64,000 nt of DNA from the NCBI GenBank assembly GCA_009914755.4, contig CP086569.2:800001-864000 (forward strand). Direction: 5' to 3'. A program made the translations under genes and the position numbers. This stretch comes from the human T2T-CHM13v2.0 reference genome, Homo sapiens. Below are positions 34,950-57,066 of the stretch, one piece after another. Every line of letters starts with the position of its first letter. The stretch's first letter is position 1. The notes beneath the pieces were generated by a model. The model ran no database searches, had not been told where the DNA came from, and saw nothing but the letters and a program-made list of their open reading frames with translations.

Positions 34950-35905
34950 CCTTCCCCCTGGGGCTGGGATGGAGGAAGAGTCGTGTCTACACCTGAACTC
35001 TCTGGGATTGAGATGGAGGAGGTGGTGTCCACACCCTCACCCACTGGGGCTGCCATGGAGGAGGAGGAGGGAGGTGTCCACACTCTCCACCCTGGGGTTG
35101 GGATGATGGAGGAGGAAGAGGAGGGGTGGTGTCCACACCCTCAACCACTGGGGCTGCCATGGAGGAGGAGGAGGGGCGGTGTCCATGGAGGAGGAGGAGG
35201 GGCGGTGTCCACACTCTCTCTCCTGGGGCTGGGATGATGGAGGAGGAGGAGGGGCCGTGTCCACACTCTCCTCCCTGAGGCTGGGATGATGGAGGAAGAG
35301 GGGTGGTGTCCACACCCTCACCCCTGGGGCTGGGATGGAGGAGGAGGAGGAGGGGCCGTGCCACATTCTCAGCCCTGGGGCTGGGATGGAGGAGGAGGGG
35401 TGGTGTCCACACTCTCTCTCTTGGGGCTGGGATGATGGAGGAGGAGGAGGGGCCGTGTCCACACTCTCCCCCCTGGGGCTGGGATGATGGAGGAAGAGGA
35501 CTGGTGTCCACACCCTCACCCCTGGGGCTAGGATGGAGGAGGACGAGGAGGAGGGGCCGTGCCACATTCTCAGCCCTGGGGCTGGGATGATGGAGGAGGA
35601 GGAGGGGCTGTGTCCACACTCTCCCCCCTGGGGCTGGGATGATGGAGGAGGAGGAGGGGCTGTGTCCACACTCTCCCCCCTGTGGCTGGGATGATGGAGG
35701 AAGAGGACTGGTGTCCACACCCTCACCCCTGGGGCTAGGATGGAGGAGGAGGAGGAGGGACCGTGTCCACACTCTCCCCACTGGGGCTGGGATGGAGGAG
35801 GAAGAGGGGTGGTGTCCACACTCTGCCCTCTGGGGCTGGGATGGAGGAGGAGGAGGAGGGGCTGTGTCCACATTCTCAGCCCTGGGGCTGGGATGGAGGA
35901 GGAAT
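34950..35905. repeat. GC-rich minisatellite, about 48-54-bp unit (about 102-bp dimer), about 18 copies; G-rich on the + strand
   Basis: 'ctggggctgggatgatggaggaggaggaggggccgtgtccacactctcccccc' alternates with 'ctggggctgggatggaggaagaggggtggtgtccacaccctcacccc'; the Pro/Ser-rich 294- and 278-aa minus-strand ORFs are artefacts. Confidence 0.85.
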
Positions 35906-37029
35906 TGGCTCTCTCATGATGCCCTCATTCCTCCCTGTCCTCCTGAAAGCGCCTTTGCAAAAATTATAACTGAAGAAATTACGACAGCGAAAGAGACCTA
36001 ACCACCCACCTCCCCCCGCCCCATCTTCTTTCTAACCTCGAAACTGTCTTTATTCATTCCTGGGCATAGTAGCCTCAGAAGGAATTTAGTTTATAGTTTA
36101 AACTCTGAAACAAAACTGACAATAGCCCTTTTCCGGGAGGGCAGGGACGGCAGGAACCTTCTTGCTTGGGGACCAGCCTGCCTTGGCAGGACTAATAAAT
36201 TAGCTACAAGATTAGGAATTACGCCTGAAGGACCATGCAGCCTCTGGTTCCAAGAGTCTGAACCTCCCACATATAGCTCCTGGGGATAACATCATTGTTG
36301 CAGAACCCAAGATCGGTGTTTGAGATATTTTGCAGATCCCGGATTCCAATGCAGCCGATGACACCACACAGACCGGTAACGTGGCTCAACCAGATATCAG
36401 CCATCCCACACAGGAACAGAAGACAGCACGGACTCACTTCAAACCCCTGTGATTTCACCCTCAACCTGACCAACCAGCACTCTCTGCTTCCTGAGCCCCC
36501 ACCCACCAAATCATCCTTAAAAACTCCAATCGCTGGCCAGGTGCAGTGACTCACGCCTGTCATCCCAGCACTTTGGGAGGCCGAGGGGTTTTCTGTTGTC
36601 ATCCTTTTTGAGCAAAATCCTGGGAACTTCATACATTGTTTGTTCCAGTATCTTCTCAGTTAATGGAGCTCCTTTGAAATGCTGACGGTCTGCTTACACA
36701 GGTTAACTCCTTGAGGAAGGGGGTTGGGTAAGGAGCACTTAGTGTCTTGTAAATCAAGGGGCCAAATGGAGTGCGTCCGGCTTTCCCAGCTGAGAGAGAG
36801 TCTATTCTCATGGGAAACAAGGCTAGGTCATTAAAGAGACAAAAAGGGAACGTCTAAAAGTAGGGTTAGTAAAAAAAACAAGGTTAGGCATTACACGTTG
36901 CTGATTGATTGACGCATGTCGTCCTCGGAGGAGCCTCCGATGAAGTCTCCTGGGTTTGAGTTGCAGCCTGGGATGGCCCTGCTGGACCTCAAGTGACCTC
37001 ACCAACGAAATCTGGTTGAGTGTGTCTGA

Positions 37030-37443
<414 letters not shown>

Positions 37444-37982
37444 TAAAACCAATTTTCCACTGCCCACTTCCTGGGATGCTCTTTGAGAAGAACTTACTTC
37501 TTTCTCAAATTAATGAGCGTTTTGCCCCGATATTCACCCATGCGTTTCTGATACGTTTGCAATTAACCTGGAGGGACTTGTGTGAGCTTATTTATTTTTC
37601 CCTAATACGTAGACATGGGTTTTAACAGATTTGAGGATCCTACGGAATTCCAGCGCTCGGGGCCAGATCCTGAAGCCTCCAGATGTCGGGTGTCGTAACC
37701 ACACAGCCCGCCTTGTTATTTCACTGCAGGTGGAGTTTTCCTCGTTTACCCTCTGTGGACAGCATTCTCTTCCCCTTGTCCTGATAGGAGGCAGCCAGAT
37801 GCCTAGGCAGGAAGGGGCAGGTGCCTGGTGAAACCCCACCTTCGAGTCAAAAACAGGCTGAGAACTGAAAGACCAGCCTGCTGGTCCAGAATGAAACTCG
37901 CCACCCAGAGTGACAACATCTGTTCCTATTTGCCTGCCCTTTCCCAATTGATTCTTTCTGAATAATTTTTTAATTAAATTAA

Positions 37983-38500
<518 letters not shown>

Positions 38501-39157
38501 AATGTTCCCGTTTCCAATACTACCTATGGCCCGCCCCTCCCCACTTCCCTTCTCTGAGGAAAGCTGTCTCATCACGTAATAAAACTCCCTGGTTTGCTCA
38601 CTCTTCAGTTCTCAGCATGTCCTCATTCTTCTTGGACGCTGGACAACAACTCGGGAACCAAGATTTCACCGTTGCAATACAACCTGGGCGACAAGAGCGA
38701 CCAAGGCAGGCGGATCACGAGGTCAGGAGATCGAGACCGTCCTGGTTAACACAGTGAAATCTCAGCTCACTGTGACCTCTGCCTTCTGGGTTCAAGCAAT
38801 TGTCCTGCCTCAGCCTCCCAAGTAGCTGGGATTACAGGTGTGCCTAAGCCTAGCTCTGGTGGAGCATCACCAGCTGGAGGTCCCCGGCTTGCAAAGTGAC
38901 CAAGAACTAAATCCTCCATCATTTCTACCCTCCAAACCCCAGAAAAAGAGACTGCAACCACTCAACTGCACAGCCAATAGCTGTGAACAAGAAGTTCAGG
39001 AACCATGGCCAAAACATTCAGGAACCTTGGCCAAAAGTTCACAGAAGTGGAGTTTAACTAAGAAGTTGATTCTGGCAATGCTTTTCCCATTAACTGGTGC
39101 ATGAAATGAATTTCTTGTTTCAATAGAAACACTGCATTTTTCATTAGAGAAAATAAG

Positions 39158-39697
<540 letters not shown>

Positions 39698-39785
39698 CTA
39701 TACTCTGTAAGCCAGGCTGCCTACTCTAACTATGGTGGAATTTTAGGTCTCCTCATGCTTTCTCTCAGCTGACCTTCCACCTTCC

Positions 39786-40585
<800 letters not shown>

Positions 40586-41223
40586 GGAAATCTAATTCTA
40601 AGACAGGGCTGTGATTGGAGACTGGTCTAGCGACTGCATGGGGCTTAGGTCTCGAGTGAGTGGCTTGTATTGTGTCAACATTCTCCTCCCACAGAAAGGG
40701 GATGTGGATGCTTTGAAAGGGTACGTTTGAGTTTTTGCTCTTGAGAAAGTGTTCTATTCTCTATCCTCTGCAAATCTACCTAGGGAAGACACACCACTAC
40801 CTCTAGCAGTAGAGACCAAAGACCTTCATGTATACAGCAAGTCCCATACCCACCGCTGCCTTAGGAAGGCAGAAGCTCCCCCAACAAGGAGACTTCTCGT
40901 ACAAGGAAAGATGGACCTGTTACCGGACAGTGGTCTCGATCCGGATCCCAAGAGAGGGTTCCTGGATCCGGTGCGAGAAAGAATTCAGGGCGGGTCCACA
41001 GTGCAAAGCAAAAGTAAGTTAATCACAAAAGTAAAGTGGCAAAAATACAGCTACCCCATAGCAAACAGGTTTGCTGAAAAGGTAGCCAAAGATAGTGAGG
41101 GAACTGATGAATTCACTGTGGCTAAATCCAGCTAAGGAGGACTCAGCTTCTACATCTAGGTATCAACAACCATCTGATTGATCCGACAGGCCCAGTTTCC
41201 ACAGCATTTAAGATTATTAAGAA

Positions 41224-42510
<1,287 letters not shown>

Positions 42511-42587
42511 AAAGTAAGAGGAGGAACGCGTCCTCCCTAGGTACAATATTCATTTATATATATGATTTAAAAAAAGATCATGGGCAA

Positions 42588-42898
<311 letters not shown>

Positions 42899-42979
42899 TC
42901 ATGGGGAGATGTGCTCGTCTATAAGGATTTGTGATAAAGGATTAGTTTTCTTAATTACTATATATATATGTATATATAA

Positions 42980-43268
<289 letters not shown>

Positions 43269-43743
43269 CTGCACCTCCCTTTTAATTCATATAAGGGTGG
43301 GCTTGCAATATACTTCCAGGCCAAAGTTTGAGCTCAAAACTTGCATTTTCAGACATTACTTTGAAGCGTTTGAATAACAACAAATGCTTGGCAGCTGCAA
43401 TACCATTATTTACTCTACCTTTATTTCATTATTAATGTGCTGTTCTCAGTATATTAACATGAAGCGTTGGCTGCGGTCAGAGATGGAGATTTTATTATTT
43501 ATATGTAACAAATGTATTCATTAATAATTGAATTACACAGACAGCACACAAATAAATATAGCAAATTATTAATTTATAACACACTGGGGGGGGATTTATA
43601 AAATTCCAGTAAATACAGTCTTTAATCAACTATAGACTTTTTTAAAAAAACACTTTATATTAGGATTCACATCTTGTTTATCTTCCTTTGTTGTATATTT
43701 CTATATTTGCGTATTAGCAGATATAAGCTACATTTAAAGATAG

Positions 43744-43902
<159 letters not shown>

Positions 43903-44438
43903 TAAAATAATACAGATAATATAATATAGTATAATACAATATGTAGGAGATATAGCTCAGAAAACAGGTTTACTGAAATGGTAGACAAAGATAGTGAGTA
44001 AATTAATGAATTCACTGTGGCTAAATCCACTAAGTAGGACTCAGCTTGTATATCTAGGTATCATCAACCATTTGATTGATTTGAAATGCCCAGTTTCCAA
44101 GTCTAACCATTGTTGAGGATGTATAAATTATACTGAACTTGAAGTTGACAGAGTGCAAATTATTTTGCATGCATTTTACAGCAAGGACCGAGCCTCAATT
44201 TTTTTTTTTTTTTTGGCATCGTGAGAATTGAAATAAAGACATTTATATAGGAGTTAAGAAGAAATCACTTAGGCAGATGGTAAGGCTATGGAAGTCCTTA
44301 GTAAGGCTTTTCTCTTTAATGAAAACCAGCCCCAAATCATTTTCTAACAAAGAGCAGTCTGTAAAATTGAGCTGCATCGAGCTGCAGACATAGACAAGCC
44401 AGCTGGGAGCTTGCACGGGTGAATGCCGGCAAAACGTA

Positions 44439-44680
44439 GGGACTAGACACGTTCAAGATGGCGGCTCCATCTTCCCGGCAGGAACTACGGACTAGACACC
44501 TTCAAGATGGCGGCTCCATCTTCCCGGCAGGAACTACGGACTAGACACCTTCAAGATGGCGGCTCCATCTTCCCGGCAGGAACTACGGACTAGACACCTT
44601 CAAGATGGCGGCTCCATCTTCCCGGCAGGAACTAGAGACTAGACACGTTCAAGATGGCGGCTCCATCTTCCCTCCTCTTT
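44439..44680. repeat. Tandem repeat, 49-bp unit x about 5, each with a palindromic YY1-like core
   Basis: Unit 'ggactagacaccttcaagatggcggctccatcttcccggcaggaactac'; 'ttcaagatgg' recurs at 44452, 44501 and 44550 (49-bp spacing). The core AAGATGG-CGGCT-CCATCTT is a 7-bp inverted repeat containing the YY1 consensus AAGATGGCGGC. Confidence 0.85.
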
Positions 44681-44804
44681 GTCAACAGCATGTACAGTAA
44701 GAAAAGCAGACAAGATGGCGCCGATCAACTGGAAATCCCATTTGCTTAAGATTAGGGTGGGGCGACCAGCCTTCCCCACGCACTCTATGGATGTCATGCC
44801 GGAT

Positions 44805-44870
44805 GGAACCAATCTTTGAGCCCTACGTAAATGAAACACCGCCTTCACCAGCCTGCCTATAAAGTCTGCA
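44805..44870 (+). promoter_or_regulatory. CCAAT-box / TATA-like pair (putative LTR U3-type or cryptic promoter) downstream of the YY1-motif array
   Basis: 'ccaat' at 44809 and 'tataaag' at 44858 (about 45 bp apart), followed by 'tctgcagaggtcaggtgcc' and the CT-rich tract. Confidence 0.25.
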
Positions 44871-44881
44871 GAGGTCAGGTG

Positions 44882-44992
44882 CCTCCCACCTTTTTGGCTC
44901 TCTTTCTCTCTCTCTCTCTCTCCTTCCCTCCCTCCCCTTCCCTCCCCTTCCCTCCCTCTCCCTCACTCTCCCCCACTCCCTCTCCCCCTCCC

Positions 44993-45045
<53 letters not shown>

Positions 45046-45192
45046 AGGAGCTGCTCTCCTCCTTTCTTCTGTTGAGACGTGTGTGTGTCTGTCTTTCTGT
45101 CTCTTTCTCTCTCTCTCTCTCGCAAGGAGCTGCTCTCCTCCTTTCTTCTGTTGAGACATCTGTGTGTCTGTCTTTCTGTCTCTGTCCCTCTG

Positions 45193-45247
<55 letters not shown>

Positions 45248-45584
45248 AGGAGCTGCTCTCCTCCTTTCTTCTGTTAGGACCTGCGTGTGTGTCTGTGTTT
45301 CTGTCTGTCTCTGTCCCTCTGTCTCTCTCTCTCTCTGTCTCTGTGTCTCTCAGTCTGTCTCTCTCTCCCTCTCTCTCTGTCCATCTCTCTCTCTCTGTCT
45401 CTCTCTCTGTCCCTCTGTCTCTGTCTCTCTGTCTCTCACAACGAGCTGCTCTCCTCTCTCCTTTCTTCTGTTTGGACGAGTGTGTGTGCCTGTGTCTGTC
45501 TGTCTGTCTGTCTGTCTCACTGTCTCTCTCTGTCCCTCTGTCTCTCTCTATATCTGTCTGTCTGTCTCTTCCTCTCTGTCTGTC

Positions 45585-45616
<32 letters not shown>

Positions 45617-45998
45617 AAGGAGCTGCTCTCCTCTCTTTTTTTCTCTTCAGACTTGTCTGTGTGTGTGTGTCTGTCTGTCTGTCTCTCTGTCTCTCTCTGT
45701 CCCTCTGTCTCTCTCTGTCCCTCTGTCTCTGTCTCTTTCTCTATCGCAAGGAGCTGCTCTCCTCTCTTCTGTTTGGACCTCTCTGCTTGTGTGTGTCTGT
45801 GTGTGTGTGTGTGTCTGCCTCTCTCTCTCTCTCTCTCTCTCGCAAGGAGCTGCTGTCCTCTCTCCTTTCTTCTGTTCAGACCTCTGTGTGTGTGTGTCTC
45901 TCTCTCTCTCTGTCTCTGTGTGTGTCTGTTTCTCTCTGTGTGTGTCTCTTTGTATCTGTGTGTTTGTGTGTGTCTGTCTCTCTGTCTCTGTCTGTCTG

Positions 45999-46032
<34 letters not shown>

Positions 46033-46200
46033 GCAAGGAGCTGCTCTCTTCTCTTTTCTCCTGTTTGGACTTGTGTGTGTGTGTCTGTCTCTCTCTGTCT
46101 GACTGCCTCTCTTTGTCTCTGTCTCTCTATCTCTCTGTCTGTCTCACAAGGAGCTGCTCTCCTCTCTCCTTTCTTCCCTGTCCTCAATTATTTCTCAGAG
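44882..46200. repeat. CT-rich compound minisatellite (about 1.3 kb) with nine copies of a conserved punctuating motif
   Basis: (CT)n, (TCTG)n and (TGTC)n runs interrupted at 45044, 45124, 45243, 45431, 45616, 45747, 45841, 46032 and 46147 by 'cgcaaggagctgctctcctcctttcttctgtt(g/a)gac'; the 389-, 374- and 271-aa + strand ORFs are low-complexity artefacts. Confidence 0.85.
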
Positions 46201-46416
46201 TGAGACAAGGAACTCCAGGGTATACACCCCGCACGACGTAGCTGTTTCCAACACCAGGGGTCTTAGCTAGAAAAAGTGAGTGTATGTAATCGTCAGCATT
46301 TGCTACTGATGACAGAATAGAACAAATTCTGCCAAGAGATTTAAAGAGGTTTATTCTGAACCAATATGAGTGCTGAGCGCCTGTGCTCCAGGATTACATG
46401 GTCTCAAGAGATCTGA

Positions 46417-46811
<395 letters not shown>

Positions 46812-46953
46812 TAAAATCATAAATCATTACATGGAAGGTATACCTTGTTTCGGCCTTAAAGATGAAACATCTCAAAGTGGGTTCCTACGAGTCACAGGTA
46901 GGCTTTAGGGATTCTTTAGTTGGCAATTGGTTGTATAAAACATAAAAATGTAA

Positions 46954-48197
<1,244 letters not shown>

Positions 48198-48200
48198 ATA

Positions 48201-48313
48201 TACACAGAGTCTTGCTATGTTGCCCAGGCTGGTCTCGAACTTCTGGGGTAAGTGATGCTCCCACCTCAACCTCTCAAAGTGGTGGGATTACAGGCGTGAG
48301 CCACCGCGCCCGG
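48201..48313 (-). mobile_element. Alu fragment
   Basis: 'cacagagtcttgctatgttgcccaggctggtctcgaacttctgg...ggcgtgagccaccgcgcccggcc'. Confidence 0.75.
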
Positions 48314-49122
48314 CCTCCATGAGTCTGATTTTAACCCATGTCTTTTGTATTTCTCAGTCCTTGTCCACACATCTCATCACACACGTGCGCAGCAAACAGG
48401 CACACGCAGTGTGAACCCAGGCACAGCTCTCCGAGAGAACTCTAGTCAACACGTCGTCCGTGGGACATCGGCTGTATTTCTGTTCCTTTCCTTCTTTTCT
48501 GTCTCTTTCTCTTATTTCCCAAAACTCCGTTGTGTTTCTGATTTGTTCACATCGTTTTCGGCAAAAGGAAAACACAATGGTAAGTGGGGTTTATAAATCT
48601 ATCTTCGTTATCAAGGGAAGATTGAAACGGCATGGAGACAAATGAAATTAACTGTGCACGGGACACACCGTCAACAAAACGCTAATAAGTGCAGAAAGAC
48701 TGTTTAGCAGGAAACATGTCCAAAAAAAAAAAAGAAAAGAAAGGATCTTAATCATGGTTTAAGCTTATCTGATGGATTTCAACAGAGACACATCAAGTCT
48801 AATTGAATGTTTACGTGCACTTTTTATGGTTTCTGTATTCTGTGTAATGAAATAACATTACAAAAAAGCGTTGAGACGCAAGAAACTCTGGGATTCTTCT
48901 AAAGGGAGAGTTGGAGTTACTACATTCAACATGGACGGCTTCTCTTCTGTATTTCAACAGCGTTATCGTCTGCAAATTTGGAGATTCTCTGAAAGCTTCA
49001 CGGCCATCCTGGGTCTCAAACTCTTTGAATATTCATACTGTAAACTATCTGACAACATGGGATTGGGTTTTGGCATTCTCTAGGTCTACTGAGAGAGGTT
49101 CTGGAATGCAATTTAACTTTAA

Positions 49123-50213
<1,091 letters not shown>

Positions 50214-50632
50214 TGAACCCAAAATATCTGAGACAGGTGTCAATCAATTTAGCAGGTTTATTTTGCCAACGTTAAAGACACACCCATGAGACGGCCTCAG
50301 GAGGTCCTGACGACAGGTGTTCAAGGTGGTTGGGTCACAGCTTGGTTTTATACATTTTAGAGAGACATGAGACATCAATCAATGTGTGATACTGTAAGTT
50401 GTGCATTGGTTTGGTCCGGAAAGGTGAGACAGCTCAAAGTGAGGAGGGGGCTTATAGGTGATAGGTAGGAATTTCCTTGTGGACAGATTGTGAGGGACAT
50501 ATGTGATCTTTGTATCTCTGTAGCGATCTTATTTACGAATAAAATAGGAGGCAGGTTTGCCTGATGCCGTTTCCATATTGACTTTTTCCTTTGGCTTAGT
50601 GATTTGGGAGTCCTAAGATTTATTTTTCTTCC

Positions 50633-51029
50633 TATCAATCTATCTATCCATCCATCCATCTATTCATCCTTCCATCTATCCGTTTATGTATGTATGTATG
50701 TATCTATCTATCTATCTATCTATCTGTCCATCCATCTATTCATGTATGTATGTATGTATGTATGTATCTATCCACCCATCCATCCAGCTATTCATGTATG
50801 TATGTATGTATCCATCCATCCATCCATCCATCTATTCATCTATGTATGTATGTATGTATGTATGTATCTATCTATCTATCTGTCGATTTATCCATCCATC
50901 CATCCATCTATCCATGTGTGTATGTATGTATGTATCTATCTATCCATCCATCCATCTATCCATCTAAGTATGTATGTATGCGTCTGTCCATCCATCCATC
51001 CATCTGTTCATGTACGTATATATATATCT

Positions 51030-51063
<34 letters not shown>

Positions 51064-51670
51064 CTATCCGTCTATGTATGTATGTATGCATCTATCTATC
51101 CATCCATCTGTCCATCTATGTATGAATGTATGTATGTGTCTGTCTATCCATCCATCCATCCATCCATCTATTCATGGATGTATGTATCTATCCATCCATC
51201 CATCCATTTATGCATCTATGTATGTATGTATGTATGTATCCATCCATCCATCCATCTATCCATGTATGTATGTATCCATCCATCTATCCATCTATGTATG
51301 TATGTATGTATCTGTCTGTCTATCTATCCATCCATCCATCTATCCATGTATGTATGTGTGTATGTATGTATGTATCTATCCATCTATGTATGCATGTATG
51401 TGTCTGTCTATCCATCCATCCATCCATCAACTCATGTATGTATGTATCCATCCATCCATCTATTCATCTATGTATGTATGTATGTATCTATCTATCTATC
51501 CATCAATCCATCCATCCATCCATCTATCCATGTATTTGTGTATCTATCCTTCCATCCATCTATGTATGTATGTATATATTTATCTATCCATCATCTACCA
51601 TCTATTTATCTATCTCATCTATCTTTCTGTTTATCGTGTATCTATCAGTCATCTATCCACCCATCTCCTG
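50633..51670. repeat. Compound (ATCC)n/(CATC)n + (ATGT)n/(TATG)n satellite, about 1 kb
   Basis: Alternating 'catccatccatccatc' and 'tatgtatgtatgtatg' blocks; the 414-, 314- and 229-aa + strand ORFs are artefacts. Confidence 0.9.
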
Positions 51671-52746
51671 CCCCCTCCCCCTGTGTATCTACTTGTGTAC
51701 TTACCTATCTATGGCAACCAGAGAGCTTTTACCCCCAGGAGATATTTTGCAATATCTGGTGGCAATTTTGGTTGTCACAACTGGGGAGGGGGTGGTCCTG
51801 GCACCTGGTGGGTGAAGCCCAGGGTCTCTGCTCAACACCATACAGTGCCCAGGACAGCCCCACCGCAGAGAATCCTCCATCCCCAAATGTCAGCAGAGCC
51901 TGGGCAGAGAGACCTTGAAATAGACAAGCATTAATTTCTCTCAGCTATAGATTTGATAACTTAACAAAATGTCTGTTCCTTGCCACCTCCTCTGATTTTT
52001 CGCTTTTACAGTTCCCCCAAATGGAACGCCATAACTAACCACAACCACAAATACACTCAGAGCTAAAGCCACATGGCCCCCTATTGGAGGAAAAGCAGGA
52101 CCCAAGAAACAATTCCTGGCGTCCAACTGACCTTTGCAGGTTTCGCTAGAACATTCAGAAGTCACTGTGGCTGTCCCCAGGGGCCCAGAGTCATTGTGAG
52201 AAGCTCAGAGAAGCAGGGGACCCCGCGGACAGCAGCTGGGCACGGGGTCCTTTGTGCAAAAGTCTTTCAAATTCAAATCTCCCTCCCTCCCCTGGGCTGT
52301 AAAATCCCTTCTCCCGCCAGTAACACAGCTCTCCCTGGATTTACAGCTGCAATGTTTACCACCAGCCTGCTGAGCTCACAGCTTAGAGCCAGGCTTACCC
52401 TTTCAGAGCGAATTTTCACTGAGGCCAGTTTACTTTCCAAGCAGCGACTCTGAGAATGTCTTCTAAGCTGTGGCATAACTGTCCAAGTGGTTCTTCCTGC
52501 CTGCTGAATAAAGACTCACAGCATTGCCGTAGACAAAGAATTTAAGAGACACAAGGCCGGCCATGCCATGTGGCAGGCGGAGTACCTACTCAAGGCTCAG
52601 AGATAGGGGTTTTTCAAAGGCAGTGTTGTTACCAGAAAGGGGTCTTGCTCCAGACCCCAAGAGAGGGTTCCTGGTCCTTGCACAAGAAACAATTCAGGGC
52701 GAGGCCATAGAGTAAAGTGAGAGCAAGTTTATGAAGAAAGTAGAGG

Positions 52747-53950
<1,204 letters not shown>

Positions 53951-53961
53951 TTAAGAAGCGG

Positions 53962-54968
<1,007 letters not shown>

Positions 54969-55295
54969 TTAAAAAAAAATCCAAGATTTCTGTGTGTCAC
55001 AAAATATTTACGAAATTAAAGGGAAGTTCAGAGACCACGTGGAAAATACATTCTAAACCAAAGCATCATTACTACACAAGGAGGTGTTTCAAATCAAACG
55101 TGAAGTTTCCCCCAATGAAAAAGTCAAACGGCACAAGATAAACGGTCGGAATCAACAGAACACGTTCGACTTCAGTAAAGATTACAGAAATACTTTCTTT
55201 AAAACAAGGAGACCTCACTTGAATTTTCTACATTGCATGCTTTTCTGCCCTCCAGAGCTGAAAACTCAGAAGCTTTGAAAATGCCCATTCTCTTG

Positions 55296-55604
55296 GCTGG
55301 GCGCGGTGGTTCACGCCTGTAGTCCCAGCACTTTGGGAGGCCGAGGCGGGTGGATCACCTGAGGTCAGGAGTTCGAGACCAGCCAGGCCAATATGGTGAA
55401 ACCCGTTCTCTACTAACAATACAAAAATTAGCTGGGTGTGGTGGCGGGCGCCTGTAGTCCCAGCTACTCAGGAGGCTGAGGCAGGAGAATCTCTTAGAAC
55501 CCGGGAGGTGGAGGTTGCGGTGAGCCGAGATCGCACCACTGCACTCCAGCCTGGGCGACAGAGCAAAAAAAAAAAAAAAAAGAAAGAAAGAAAAAGAAAA
55601 GAAA
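55296..55604 (+). mobile_element. Alu SINE with a TSD
   Basis: 'ggctgggcgcggtggttcacgcctgtagtcccagc...' flanked by 'gaaaatgcccat' at 55280-55291 and 55601-55612. Confidence 0.85.
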
Positions 55605-55865
55605 ATGCCCATCCCGTTGGATCCAGGCATTGCATTTTTTACCAAGTGTTACAAAGTCAAAACAAGCAAGGAGAAATCACAGTAAAAAGAAAATTACACA
55701 GTGCAAACACGCCCAAAATGAGAAGCTTGTCTGTGCGGAAGGAGAGATGCTTTGTGTGCTTTAGAGATGTTTTACTTATATGGGTGAAAAATAGATATAT
55801 GTAAAAATAGAATATGTGAAAAATAGAATAAAATCACATATATGAGAAATAGAATTAAAAATGAC

Positions 55866-56517
<652 letters not shown>

Positions 56518-56685
56518 TTGCAGCGAGAGAGAACGGACAAACAGAGGAGTCAGGAGAAGCCATGGGGAAGAGAGAATGGAAGAAAGAGGCTCAAACTCAG
56601 ACCCTGGAGAAGGAGAGGGGCAGGGTTGGCCACCCACAACCGTATCCACAGTCCAGAGAATGCTGTAGTTACAAGATACAAATAG

Positions 56686-57066
<381 letters not shown>

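Noticed and set aside
34987-35873. 294-aa and 278-aa Pro/Ser-rich minus-strand ORFs
   Set aside because: They lie entirely inside the GC-rich roughly 50-bp minisatellite. Mutually overlapping frames are all open, which is characteristic of repeats and not of exons.
44431-44700. Reading the 49-bp unit as a reiterated start codon (CAAG-ATG-GCG-GCT..., Kozak-like)
   Set aside because: The unit is 49 bp, not a multiple of 3, and each copy runs into a stop codon (TAG) within 30 codons. The YY1-like palindrome explains the conservation better.
45072-46241. 389-, 374- and 271-aa Leu/Ser/Cys/Val ORFs on the + strand
   Set aside because: These are translations of the CT-rich compound minisatellite. 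All three forward frames are open simultaneously.
50604-51934. 414-, 314-, 229- and 173-aa ORFs ([11 protein letters not shown]...)
   Set aside because: These are translations of (ATGT)n/(ATCC)n compound satellite.
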